DNA of 63,987 bases, the filler included, from Octopus bimaculoides (Eukaryota): the NCBI RefSeq assembly GCF_001194135.2. It is 6 parts of 5 records of this genome, joined end to end, with 100 filler letters (N's around TTAATTAATTAA, not from the genome) between each part and the next. Parts side by side here need not be neighbours in the genome. Positions count along the whole stretch, not along the records: positions 1 to 26,482 come from NC_068987.1; positions 26,583 to 30,058 come from NC_068985.1; positions 30,159 to 47,851 come from NC_068986.1; 3 more parts are not named here. One strand, given 5' to 3'. This document shows positions 24,040-35,368 of the stretch, piece by piece; positions within the stretch are counted from its first letter, which is position 1, and the number at the start of each line of letters is the position of its first letter. Under the pieces are notes generated by a model, which worked only from the letters and a program-made list of their open reading frames with translations, was not told the origin of the DNA and did not search any database. A program made the translations under genes and the position numbers.

Positions 24040-25451
24040 GTGGATACAACTGTTACGGCAAAACAACCAGCCACCTCTTGTCTATAGGTGTCAGCCACCT
24101 ATTATCTATAGGTATCAACACTCTAGCCGTCCCAGTTATAAGATACAGCTACAATATCCATTACTGGACACTGAATGAACTAATTAAAATAGACAGGAAA
24201 ACAAGAAAAATTATGACAGGATATAGGATGCACCACCCAAAATCTGACTTAGAAAGGTTATATATACAACGGATAGAAGGTGGTAGAGGCCTTATACAGT
24301 TAGAAAAATATTACAAAATAACCGCCATAGGAACTACAAAAATACCTACTTCAGAAGCAAGGAAAACTAATACAAATAGACACAAAACACGAACAAAACA
24401 AAAAACTGTTTTCAGTCTTTAAGGAAGCTGACAAATAAAAAAAAAAGTCATAGTACCTGACAAATAATAAAAAAGAAGTCATAGTACCTGACAACTATGA
24501 TGAAAAAGAAGAAACAACAAAAGCTGTAAAACAACTGAAATCCAAACTAAAACTGGAACAACAACTGATCATGATAAAACGATCGCAAGAAAAGCCCCTT
24601 CATGGCAAATACTGGGTTAAACAAAATACAAAAGAAACCGACAAAGCAAAATCTAAACAATGGCTGAGAAGCTCAGGACTCAAAGCAGAGACTGAAGGAT
24701 TTTTATTTGCAGCACAAGACCAAAGCCTCCCCACCAGAAATTACCAAAAACATATAATGAAAAGAAACATAACAAGTAACTGTAGAATATGTGGAGATGG
24801 ACAAGAAACAATAAACCATATTGTCTCTGGCTGCCCAGTCCTGGCTAAGAAGGAATATATTCACAGACACGACAGAGTTGGGACCTGTATACACTGGAAG
24901 CTATTCCAACACTATGGAATAACAACAGAAAAAAGATAGTATAGGCACACGCCAGAAAAGGTCACAGAAAATGAGAAAGCAACCATACTCTGGGATATGC
25001 CAATACACACAGATAGAGAAATTAAGCCCAATAGATCAGATATAGTTGTCGGAGATCATCAGGAAAAATGTGCTTTCTAATTGATATATCACTACCAACA
25101 GATGACAACGTTTCTCGAAAAGAAATGGAGAAACTTTCAAAATACAAAGACCTGAAAATAGAGGTAACTCTAATGTGGAGTCTAAAAACAGAAACAATTC
25201 CTATCATAATAGATGCATTAGGTATGATAAAAAATATTCAGACAAATACATAACAAAAACACCAGGACTAACAAATATATAAAACATACAGAAAATAGCG
25301 CTACTAGGCACCGCACACATCCTACGCAATACACTTTCAATACAGTAAAAATAAGAGCCTCACAACAAACCACAGCAAACCTAACCCTAAACCTAACCCT
25401 AACCCAAGGCACACGGTAGTGCAGTGAAAGCAAGTGATAAAAACAAGACTA

Positions 25452-25455
<4 letters not shown>
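24040..25455 (+). mobile_element. R4/Dong-type LINE (family 1): post-RT region, CCHC, RLE and 3' UTR
   Basis: RLYIQRIEGGRGL, ETEGFLFAAQDQ, CRICGDGQETINHIVSGC and LIDISLP..EKLSKYKDL. It ends in (TAA)n. Confidence 0.92.
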
Positions 25456-25515
<60 letters not shown>

Positions 25516-25517
<2 letters not shown>

Positions 25518-26106
25518 TGAAACTGTATGGCGTATTACCTGCCAATGTACGCCACTAGCCCAGAAGGAATATAAGAGACGCCACGGTAGCAAGGCTCGTC
25601 CATTGGACACTTTGCAACAAGTATGTTACTTGACAGAACAAAAATTGGTACGACCACAAACTTAAAGGCATCGTCGAAAATAGAAATGCAAAGATCCTAT
25701 GGGATTTTATGATTCAGTGCGACCATGAGATAGAGAATAGGAAGCCAGACAGTCTTAATTGAGAAAGAAAACAAACTATGCCGGATCATAGATATAGCAT
25801 GCCCAGCTGACAACAAGGTATGCGATAAGGAAGAAAGAAAAGTCGATAGGTATGACAGGTTAGCTTGGGAGGTAAAGTAGTTGTAGTCGATGAAAAAGGT
25901 GGTAGTGGAGCCAATAGTTGTCGGAGCCCTGAGAACAGTGAGTAAAAACCTTGGAACAAATAAGGGCTGCAATAAGGGTGGAGCACTTGCAGAAAACCAC
26001 TGCTTGGAACCACTCGAATACTCCGGAAAGTGCTCGAAAATTAAGAGGTGTTACCTAAGTTCATTGGTAGTGACACTGTAGTACATCTCCAGCGTTAGAA
26101 GCTGTG

Positions 26107-26107
<1 letters not shown>
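25516..26107 (+). mobile_element. R4/Dong-type LINE 3' fragment (CCHC to RLE end)
   Basis: LAQKEYKRRH, KILWDFMIQCDHEIENRKPD, IIDIACP and PIVVGAL. It is flanked by (AAT)n on both sides. Confidence 0.88.
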
Positions 26108-26188
<81 letters not shown>

Positions 26189-26189
<1 letters not shown>

Positions 26190-26369
26190 CCTTTCTACTA
26201 TAGGAACAAGGCCTGAAATTTTGGGGGAAGTACCAGTCGATTACATCGACGCCAGTATGTAACTGGTACTCTATTTATCGATTCCGAAAAGATGAAAGGC
26301 AAAGTCGTCCCTGGCGGCATTTGAGCTCAGCGCGTGAAGACAGACGAAATACCTCTAAGCATTTCGCCC

Positions 26370-26370
<1 letters not shown>
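26189..26370 (-). mobile_element. SINE family B
   Basis: Homology; flanked by (AAT)n. Confidence 0.85.
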
Positions 26371-26461
<91 letters not shown>

Positions 26462-26526
26462 TAAAATAGACAGGAAAACAAGNNNNNNNNNNNNNNNNNN
26501 NNNNNNNNNNNNNNNNNNNNNNNNNN

Positions 26527-26538
26527 TTAATTAATTAA
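26527..26538. other. Artificial contig linker TTAATTAATTAA in a 100-bp N spacer
   Basis: 44 N + 12-mer + 44 N; the 12-mer carries stops in all six frames. Confidence 0.95.
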
Positions 26539-26582
26539 NNNNNNNNNNNNNNNNNNNNNNNNNNNNNNNNNNNNNNNNNNNN

Positions 26583-26815
26583 AAGTGGACCAAGGAGGAA
26601 GGGACAGAAGCAGTGAAGTAGAGGCCAGGACAGAGGGGTAGATGGGAAGATAGAGGAAGACAGATAGATAAATAGATAGAGAGGATGGTGGAGGGAGGAA
26701 GTGGAACAAGGAGGAAGGGACAGAAGGGTATAGCAGTGAAGTAGAGGCCAGGACAGAGGTATAGATAGAAAGATGGAGGAAGACAGATAGATAAATAGAT
26801 AGAAAGATAGATAGA
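26583..26815. repeat. Purine-rich minisatellite (~2 units of ~115-125 bp) grading into (GATA)n
   Basis: AAGTGGA(C/A)CAAGGAGGAAGGGACAGAAG...GCAGTGAAGTAGAGGCCAGGACAGAGG is repeated. Confidence 0.85.
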
Positions 26816-26919
26816 TAGATAGACAGATAGATAGATACATATCTATATATATACATATATATATATATATAGAGAGAGAGACATACATACATACATATTT
26901 GCTTTATGTTCAGTTATCA

Positions 26920-27131
26920 TCTTTTCTACTATAGGCACAGGGCCTGAAACCTGAGGGAGGGGGATAGTCGATACATCGATCCCAGTACGTAACTGGTACT
27001 TATATTATCGACCCCGAGAAGATGAAAGGCAAAGTCGACCTCGGCGGCATTTGAACTCAGAATGTAAAGACAGATGAAATGCCGCAAAGCATTTTATCCG
27101 GCGTGCTAACGATTCTGCCAGCTCGCCGCCT
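26920..27131 (-). mobile_element. SINE family B
   Basis: Near-consensus copy. Confidence 0.88.
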
Positions 27132-27165
27132 TATATTCAGTTATAATGAAAACAATTTTACATTT

Positions 27166-27315
27166 ATCTAATGTGTTACTCTCTAGGTTTTTAGAATCCA
27201 AATCTACTGTTGTACAAGAGCGTTGTTGGCAGTGATTTCGAAGTTTCAGCCATCTAAGCCATTGTCGGGCTGCTGACGATAGCTTAGGTGACCGAAACTT
27301 TGAAGTCACTGCCAA
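27166..27315. repeat. Direct repeat unit 1 (with 27733-27858), containing a 90-bp palindrome (27226-27315) with hammerhead-like cores
   Basis: TTGGCAGTGATTTCGAAGTTTC... / ...GAAACTTTGAAGTCACTGCCAA. The + strand has CTGACGA (27273) ... GAAA (27294) ... GTC (27305). Confidence 0.75.
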
Positions 27316-27344
27316 TATTATTCTTGAAGAATAATATATATATA

Positions 27345-27557
27345 TATTTCAATATGTGACCCCGTGTGTATCGCTGGCGATTTTCTCTCTCCGTCTTCCC
27401 TTCTTTGGACGTTTTCTATAATTCTGATGAAGAGCTCCGCTCGGAACGTGAAATCCTCCTTCATTTCTTTCCTTACCTGAGCGTCCGATAACACTGTACT
27501 TATTCCACGTCCTCGCGTTGTTGTTTTTTCTTGCTTGTTCATGTTTAGATTGACTAT

Positions 27558-27565
<8 letters not shown>
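27345..27565 (+). mobile_element. Short PLE-type terminal element with a degenerate hammerhead at 27420-27454
   Basis: CTGATGA-A-GAGC-TCC-GCTC-GGAAC, then a T-rich tail and (TA)n. The 3' part is homologous to 46225-46318. Confidence 0.6.
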
Positions 27566-27652
<87 letters not shown>

Positions 27653-27732
27653 GTATGTGTAAGGAGGAGAAAGAGAGAGTGAGCAAGACAGGATAGATAG
27701 ATAGATAGATAGAATCCAACTACTCGAGACCA

Positions 27733-27858
27733 ATCTATGTGTTACTCTCTACTTTTTTAGAATCCAAATTTATTGTTACACAAAGCGTTGTTGGCAGTGA
27801 CTTCGAAGTTTCAGCCATCTAAGTCATCGTCGAGCTGCCGACGATAGCTTAGGTGACA
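27733..27858. repeat. Direct repeat unit 2, with a minus-strand hammerhead-like motif at 27793-27839
   Basis: Minus strand reads GGCAG-C-UCGACGA-U-GAC-UUAGAUG-GCU-GAAA-CUUCGAAG-UC-A-CUGCC. Confidence 0.7.
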
Positions 27859-28496
27859 TTGCACGTAAAACCTCTGGGACAGTGCACAGTCCTGCATCTC
27901 ACATGTGTTCACGGACATATGTCATGCATGTCTGACCACCAGTCTTAAACATTGCAGACATGCGTGTTTTAGCCGTTCACATAAACTTCTGGATGCAAGG
28001 ATAACAAGATATGGGATTACTGGCTTAGCAATGCTTGAGTGGATGCGAGATGAGCCCAAACAGCTCTGAGAAGCATCGTCCATTATTGTAACAGTAGGAA
28101 AGATAGAGAGATGGGACAGCGCGTCTGTTGAATAGAGGCGGAGCGTCAATCGAGTGGGACAAGGTAATGTCTGGCTTTTTTCAAGTTTTTAGTTATTTTG
28201 AGAGATCTCTTTCTTTCCTTCCTTTCTCATTTAACTCTTCCTCTCGCTTTTCTCTCCATCTCTCTTCTTCCTTCTCGCCATCCTATCTCCCTATGCCATC
28301 TTGTGGTTGTTCTATAATCTTTCTCTCTTTCTTCACTCTCTCACAAGACAATATTAATGTGTTCTTTTGTCTTAAATTTTAATCCTCCTTCTTTCATTTT
28401 CTTTTTATATGCATCAGCCTCAAGCAAGCGGCAAATTTTGCGATTGAATAATAAATAGGACGTTTGAAATACCCGTCAATAATCGAAGACATTATG

Positions 28497-28640
28497 CTGA
28501 TTCCAAATTTTGGCACAAAGCCAGCTATTTCGAGGAAGAGGTTAAGTCGATTGCATCGACTCCAGTAATCAGCTGGTATTTATTTTGTCGACCGCGAAAG
28601 AATGAAAGGCAAAGTTGACCTCGGCTGAATTCGAATACAT
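28497..28640 (-). mobile_element. SINE family B, partial
   Basis: Homology. Confidence 0.75.
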
Positions 28641-28684
28641 AATATTAAAAAAGAAGAATCAAAACAGTTCAAACCAGAATTATC

Positions 28685-29082
28685 TTGGCACAGAATGTTG
28701 TTGGCACTCCGTCGCTTACGACGACGAGGGTTCCAGTTGATCCGATTAACGGAACAGCCTGCTCGTGAAATTAACGTGTAAGTGGCTGAGCACTCCACAG
28801 ACACGTGTACCCTTAACGTAGTTCTCGGGGATATTCAGCGTGACACAGTGTGACAAGGCTGACCCTTTGAATTACAGGTACATCAGAAACAGGAAGTAAG
28901 AGTGAGAGAAAGTTGTGGTGAAAGAGTACAGCAGGGTTCGCCACCATCCCCTGCCGGAGCCTCGAGGAGCTTTTAGGTGTTTTCGCTCAATAAACACTCA
29001 CAACGCCCGGTCTGGGAATCGAAACCGCGATCCTATGACCGCGAGTCCGCTGCCCTAACCACTGGGCCATTGCGCCTCCACC
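28685..29082 (-). mobile_element. SINE family D (tRNA-derived head)
   Basis: Minus strand GGCGCAATGGCCCAGTGGTTAGGG...GGTTTCGATTCCC. The body is shared with 42575-42830. Confidence 0.85.
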
Positions 29083-29764
29083 TTGGCACAGAGTAAAGGA
29101 AAGAAAACGTGAAGTGGGGAAATAACAATGCAACGAAAGCGTTGAAAGAGAAAAAGAGAAAAAAACAAAAGAGGAAACAAAAAAGGAAACATTACTATAG
29201 AGTTTGAAAGAGAGAAAAACAGAGAGACAAGAGAATTTTGTAGTGTCTAAGAGCGATAGAAGACAAAACAAAGCCAAAACACTACAAATCTATCAAAATA
29301 ACGAGATACTCAATAAAAATTTACATATATATCACCAGTCTTTGGATTGGATTTTAAATGAATTCAGGAAGACAGCAAGGAAATGCCATTGGTGGATGGC
29401 ATAATAAACATCGGCTCAGTATTGATTTGTTATATTTGTTGTTTGTTCATATCCCGTGTTACGAATAAAGTATTTGAAAACTGAAATATTAACATAAATT
29501 ATTTAGTTGTGGTAATTTATATCGATTATGAAATATACTGTTTTGTCTTTGTTTTTATTCTCTTGGATTATCCAATTGTACTTCAGACACTGTTTCTGAT
29601 TTTATTAATGTGTACGAGTGCGTGTGTATTCATGCATACATACGTACATGCATACATACATACATACATACATACATACATGCTTGCATACATACGTACA
29701 CACACATACACATATATATACATACAAATATATACATATACATATATATACATATATATATATA

Positions 29765-30058
29765 TCTCGACATTTCGGTCAGCATCCTCCACTCCGCCCT
29801 TAGCACCTCCATCCACTACAAACACACAGACTCACACTCCTATCTCAACTTCTCCTCCTCCCACCCTAGACACACAAAACTTTCCATCCCCTATTCCCAA
29901 TTCCTCCGTCTACGCAGACTTTGTAGCGACAGCCATGACTTTGAGACTCAGTCTCAACTCATGGCTCACCACTTTAGCCTGCGTGGATATCCACCCACCA
30001 CCATCCACACCGCCCTTGCCAGAGCACGTTCTGTGGACCGTGCATCTGCTCTCTCCCC
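29765..30058 (+). mobile_element. Penelope-like RT fragment, truncated by the contig end
   Basis: LDISVSI..LSTSIHYKHTDSHSYLNFSSSHPRHTKLSIPYSQFLRLRRLCSD..RGYP. Confidence 0.9.
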
Positions 30059-30102
30059 NNNNNNNNNNNNNNNNNNNNNNNNNNNNNNNNNNNNNNNNNN
30101 NN

Positions 30103-30114
30103 TTAATTAATTAA
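30103..30114. other. Artificial contig linker
   Basis: 44 N + TTAATTAATTAA + 44 N. Confidence 0.95.
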
Positions 30115-30158
30115 NNNNNNNNNNNNNNNNNNNNNNNNNNNNNNNNNNNNNNNNNNNN

Positions 30159-31731
30159 ATCTACAATACCATCTGCATCACATATTTCTAAAGATACCAT
30201 ACTGAGATATGTATTACCGCTTTTTTGTGAGTGTCACTATAATATATGATAACAATTCCTAACAACTTGTTTATCGATATATCATTGGATTCATCTAATA
30301 GCAGTCTAAATTTTCTATCTCCTATATCAGAAATCAAATCTCCATCAAAATATGGAGCTAGAACATTTCTCACAACATTTGCACATTTTGTACGATGCAA
30401 CATCACTTTGGACATATCACTATCAGACATATACTTCTTACATAACTCTATTACGTGATCACAGTTATTAAATGATGAGTGGCAACAAATAAACATTGCT
30501 GAACTTGCTTCAAGCACAGATGTCTTATCATTTTTGGTTTTAATAAAATTGGTAAGAGTAATCATTTACTGTGGAGCTGATGCTTCATGTTTCTTTGCTT
30601 CACAGTGGCTTACTAAAAGAGAATATTTTGCCAGCATATTACATCTACAATATCTGCAATGTGCTTTAGATTGGTCACTAGGTACTTCACATAACCACTT
30701 AGTAAACGCCGGCATCTTAAACCATTCCTTTCGGAATTTTTGCAGGTAAAACTTTGTTTTCTTTTTGTTCATTATAATGTACTGGGAAGCAGGAAAATAA
30801 ATTGAATGATTAATAAAAATATAAAATTGAAAATACAACTTCTCAGTTTGCTGCTAACAATTCTTTCATTCGTCATTAACAATTCTTATGTTTGCTGCTT
30901 ACAAATTCTTGAGGTGAAGAATACTGATTCAGAATGCAGGGTGGCCAACTTATAAATGGAAAAGTAAAATCTGCAGAAATCCTAAATCTGTGTTCTGATA
31001 TAAACCTGGGAGCATCATATTTCGCTTCCAATCTTACATTTAATATCTATTGGTAAAATCACAAATATAACTACAATACTTGAAAAAAAAAAAAGTAAGT
31101 AGAAATATAAAGGGGGAGACCCCGCAACCCCTGTACTTCTATACAAGATATATAACCCAAAACAAGCATGAAAAAACACAGGCCTATTTTGAAACAGTCA
31201 AACTGAAAGAAAATCAGTCAACCTGTCATGATAAAAACTCATCGCTACAAAATAAAGCATTGTTAAGACGAATTTCCATGCTTTCATTCTTTGCAACATA
31301 TTTACATATTCTGTAGCGATTTCAGGTGCTGACATAAGTTATCTTCTACCCTTCCTCCCACCAGCACCACTCTGGATCCAAGCCGGTGTGGGGGTGGGGG
31401 ACTGGAAAAATTCGTAATTTGATTAACTTCCTTTTGATAGACTTTCATTTGAAGTTTCAAGAAAGTGAAAGAAACTTTCAACAATAGCCGATAGAACTAA
31501 AATTTGGCTTTAAGATACATTAACGAAAGTAGAAAAAAAAAAAAAGGGTAACTACTGTAGAAATGTCATGATCAGAGAAAAATGCTAAAAAAAGTGCTAA
31601 ATAAAATATTAAACCTGCTATTTTCCCCGCTAGATGCTAGATTCAAAAATTTTCCGCTAAATGCTAAAAAAAACCTCAAAAAACAAAACAATGCTAGATC
31701 TAGCATAAAATATGCTAAATTGGCAACTCTG
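30159..31731 (-). mobile_element. hAT DNA transposon, left half (BED-type zinc finger plus start of catalytic domain)
   Basis: YLQKFRKEW..W..AHCRYCRC..H....H and LLLDESNDISINKLLGIVIIYYS (30160-30790). Terminus CAGAGTTGCCA at 31731-31721, with TGCTAAA subterminal repeats. Confidence 0.85.
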
Positions 31732-31902
31732 AATTCTACATCACTTAGAATATACGTAGATGTGCATAGGGTTTCTTTCTAAGACGATAATTTCACCTGT
31801 TAATTCAAACGAGTATAACAATCGAGTGGAAATTGGCACAAATGCTAAACCTACAGTGATGATCGTGCCTGTTGGCTCACACACGCATAAATAATAAAGA
31901 AA

Positions 31903-32226
31903 GTGCATGGCTCAGTGGTTAGAGCATTGGGCTCACAATCATGAGGTTGTGAGTTCGAGTCCGGGACTGGGCTGTGTGTTGTGTTCTTGAGCAAGACACT
32001 TTATTTTACGTTGCTCCAGTTCACTCAGCTGTAGGATTGACTTGCGACGTCACGTGTCAAGCTGTACCGACCTTTGTCTTTCCCTTGGATAACATCGGTG
32101 GTGTGGAGAGGCGAGGCAGGTATGCATGGGCGACTGCTGGTCTTCCATAAACAACCTTTTCCGGATTTGTGCCTAAGAGGGGAACTTTCTAGGTACAATC
32201 TCATGGTCATTCATGACCGAAGGGGC
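31903..32226 (+). mobile_element. SINE family C (tRNA-derived)
   Basis: TGGCTCAGTGGTTAGAGC...GAGTTCGAGTCC; homologous to 50160-50475. Confidence 0.88.
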
Positions 32227-32635
32227 TCACACATGTATAACATGACTTAAAACTGCATCCTAAGGACTAATCTTTCCCTAGAGAGCCAGAAAATACTTCA
32301 GCCCTATTCAGTTGCTGAACCGCTTTAAATTTTAAAATTCACAATATAATACTGATTCTATATCTAGCATAGTGTTACTGCAATACACAACACAGGTTTC
32401 GGAGACTATATCCGAACGAAGACCATCCGACTGAGCCACACGTAAACAAACAATATCTACTAGCGCACAGACGTACTGTCTCTTCTTTTTCCATCTTCTA
32501 TTCCTACAACTGCCCTGCTTCTCTGAGATAGCTAGTTACAAACATCATTCAGCACAATCACCTCTCATTATCACATGCAATAGTATATTCACTGCTCAGG
32601 TCCCGCACTAATCATTATAGCCAATCCTTTCTTAC

Positions 32636-32689
32636 CAGGGCGTCGCACTTCTGGTCTATCCGTCATCAATGCTTTACAGATGACAGATG
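32636..32689 (-). CDS. Candidate isolated 54-bp phase 1-1 exon of an unidentified gene (xSVICKALMTDRPEVRRPx)
   Basis: Acceptor TTTTATGTTCACCTCCAG and donor CTG|GTAAGA, an open frame, and unique surrounding sequence. No homology recognised. Confidence 0.3.
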
Positions 32690-33589
32690 CTGGAGGTGAA
32701 CATAAAACACATAGAACATAAATCTCGGGATGATGAGTGTGAAGGTCAAGGGAACAACCTCGTCTTTTAATTAAGCAGACGAAGAGACAATCCTGAAATG
32801 GCCAAATTCCTCTTTTGGCAACATAGGCCATCATCAGATGCTTGGTCTCTGCATTTCTTTTACGAAAGAAAAAAAAAAAAAGAAAAAAGAAAAAAAAGTG
32901 GTGCAAATATTTATTTTCAATTTCATCAAGGTGTTTGGAGAGAAAATCTTGACGTCTACTAATTATTTTGCCCACCCCCAAAATAAAGATAAAACGTTGA
33001 TAAGAGATAATAGTAATTGATCAATTAATTAATTTATGTATACGTTTATTTACTTGTTCGATTCTTTTCTCTATTACGTTGAAACTGCTGGTTTCAGCGC
33101 ATCTTGGATTTAATGCTTTCATCATTTGGCTGTTGTATGTAGCGAGAGGATAAGAGGAGATAAGCTAAAAGGCTTGTTTTCTGGATTCAACTTTGGGTAA
33201 TACTATATTCTTATGTTATCTCTAAAGATAGACACGTAACCTTTTTATAATATATGGAGAATAAGCAATGGTGTAGGTAGGGTAGGGTTATTTAGATAAG
33301 TACACGGTGGTATTTCTGCATTGATTAAGAGATAAGAAAAAGAAAGCACAAATAGTGAGAGGAGGAGGAGAGAGAGAGGGAGAGAGAGGGAGGGAGAGAG
33401 GGAGAGAGAGAGAGATACAACAAAAAGAAAAAAAAGAAACTGGAATTTAAAATTAAAGAGAACATTTTACTGTTGCTGAGGTAAACTTTGGTCGAGTAAA
33501 CGCGAGATCAAATTATTTCTTCCTTCTTTTTTCGAGCTGACAGGCCCATTACACCGAAATTTATTCCTATTTCCTTGGCGTTGAAATAA

Positions 33590-33812
33590 CTGAAAGTACA
33601 AACCACCCCTACCGTTTCCGGTACAGGATGGGATACCAGTTGTATTGTTTGTTTCCTAGCTGCTGATGTGAATTATTTTCAGCCGAGTGTGGACTGAAGC
33701 AATATGTAATAAAGTGTTTTGTCCAAGGTTTACAACGCGTCCTAAGATCGAACCCACTATCTTAAGATCGTAAACCTGTTAGTCGAACCACTACGTCACG
33801 CACCTTCACGTG
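33590..33812 (-). mobile_element. Diverged tRNA-derived SINE (family C/D-like)
   Basis: Minus strand GGTGCGTGACGTAGTGGTTCG...GGGTTCGATC...CCTTGGACAAAACACTTT. Confidence 0.6.
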
Positions 33813-34361
33813 TTCCAGTCACGACTATGTGTAATTAAACCTCGTGGAAAACCAGAGATAAAAATTGAATAATGACTCAACTAGTTTCACCTGGTCATTA
33901 CCGGTTCATCAGGAGTGTTTAACTAATCCGTTCTATAAACACACACACACACAGAGGGAGGGAATGAGAGAGAAAGCGAGACAGTAGCNNNNNNNNNNNN
34001 NNNNNNNNNNNNNNNNNNNNNNNNNNNNNNNNNNNNNNNNNNNNNNNNNNNNNNNNNNNNNNNNNNNNNNNNNNNNNNNNNNNNNNNNNNNNNNNNNNNN
34101 NNNNNNNNNNNNNNNNNNNNNNNNNNNNNNNNNNNNNNNNNNNNNNNNNNNNNNNNNNNNNNNNNNNNNNNNNNNNNNNNNNNNNNNNNNNNNNNNNNNN
34201 NNNNNNNNNNNNNNNNNNNNNNNNNNNNNNNNNNNNNNNNNNNNNNNNNNNNNNNNNNNNNNNNNNNNNNNNNNNNNNNNNNNNNNNNNNNNNNNNNNNN
34301 NNNNNNNNNNNNNNNNNNNNNNNNNNNNNNNNNNTATATATATATATATATCTGTGTATGC

Positions 34362-34558
34362 TTGTGTGTCTCTGTGTTTGTCCCCCCAACATCGCTTGAT
34401 AACAGACGCTGGTGTGTTTACGCCCCCATAACTTAGCGGTTTGGCAAAAGACCGATAGAATAAGTATTAGGCTTACAAAGAATAAGTCCTGAGGTTGATG
34501 TGCTCGACTAAAGGCGGTGCTCCAGCATGGTCACAGTCAAATGACTGAAGCAAGTAGA
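34362..34558 (+). mobile_element. SINE family A, 3' half
   Basis: Homology. Confidence 0.85.
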
Positions 34559-34687
34559 AAAAAAAAAACATTTTGGGCGGAATTTCGGAATTAGGGAACA
34601 ACAATGTGAAAAGAAATGGGAATTTTTCGCAAAATAGAAAAGCAAGATCCTTCAGAATAGTATGAAAAACAGGAGTACTGTAATAAT

Positions 34688-35323
34688 AATTCTTTCTACT
34701 ATAGGCACAAACCCAAAATTTTGGTGGGTGGTGGCCAGTCGATTACATCGATCCTAGTGCTTATCTGGTACTTATTTCATCGACCCTGAAAGGGTGAAAG
34801 GTAAAGTCGATCTCAATGGAATTTTACTACTACTACTACTACTACTACTACCAATAATAATAATGATAATAATAACAAAAAGGCCTGAAAATTTTGGGAA
34901 GGAAGATAGTCGTTTACATCGACTCAGTATTCGACTAGTACTGAATTTATCGATCCCGGATGGATAAAAGGCAAAGTTGACCTCGGCGGAATTTGAACTC
35001 AGAACGTAGCAACGGGCGAAATACCGCTAAGCATTTTGCGCGGCGTGCTAACGATTCTGCCAGCTCGCAGCCTTAATAATAATAATAATGATAATAATAA
35101 TTATCATTATTATTTCTACTGGAAGTACAAGGCGTCAAATTTGGGGGAAGGGGTTAAGTCGATTACATCGACCCTAGTGCGTAACTGGTACTTAATTTAT
35201 CGATCCCGAAAGGATGAAAATCAAAGTCGACCCCGGCGATATTTGAACTCAGAACACGTAGACAGACGAAATACCGCTAAGCATTTCGCCCGGCGCGCTA
35301 ACGATTCTGCCAGCTCGCCGCCT

Positions 35324-35325
<2 letters not shown>
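34688..35325 (-). mobile_element. Three same-orientation SINE family B copies (34688-34826, 34877-35073, 35113-35325) separated by (AAT)n
   Basis: Repeated blocks GTCGATTACATCGA...GGATGAAAGG...AAAGTCGA...TTTGAACTCAGAAC. Confidence 0.9.

Positions 35326-35368
<43 letters not shown>

Noticed and set aside
32815-32850. Minus-strand CTGATGA-T-GGC...GCC-AAAA hammerhead-like string
   Set aside because: GAAA is broken and there is no stem I or stem III pairing.
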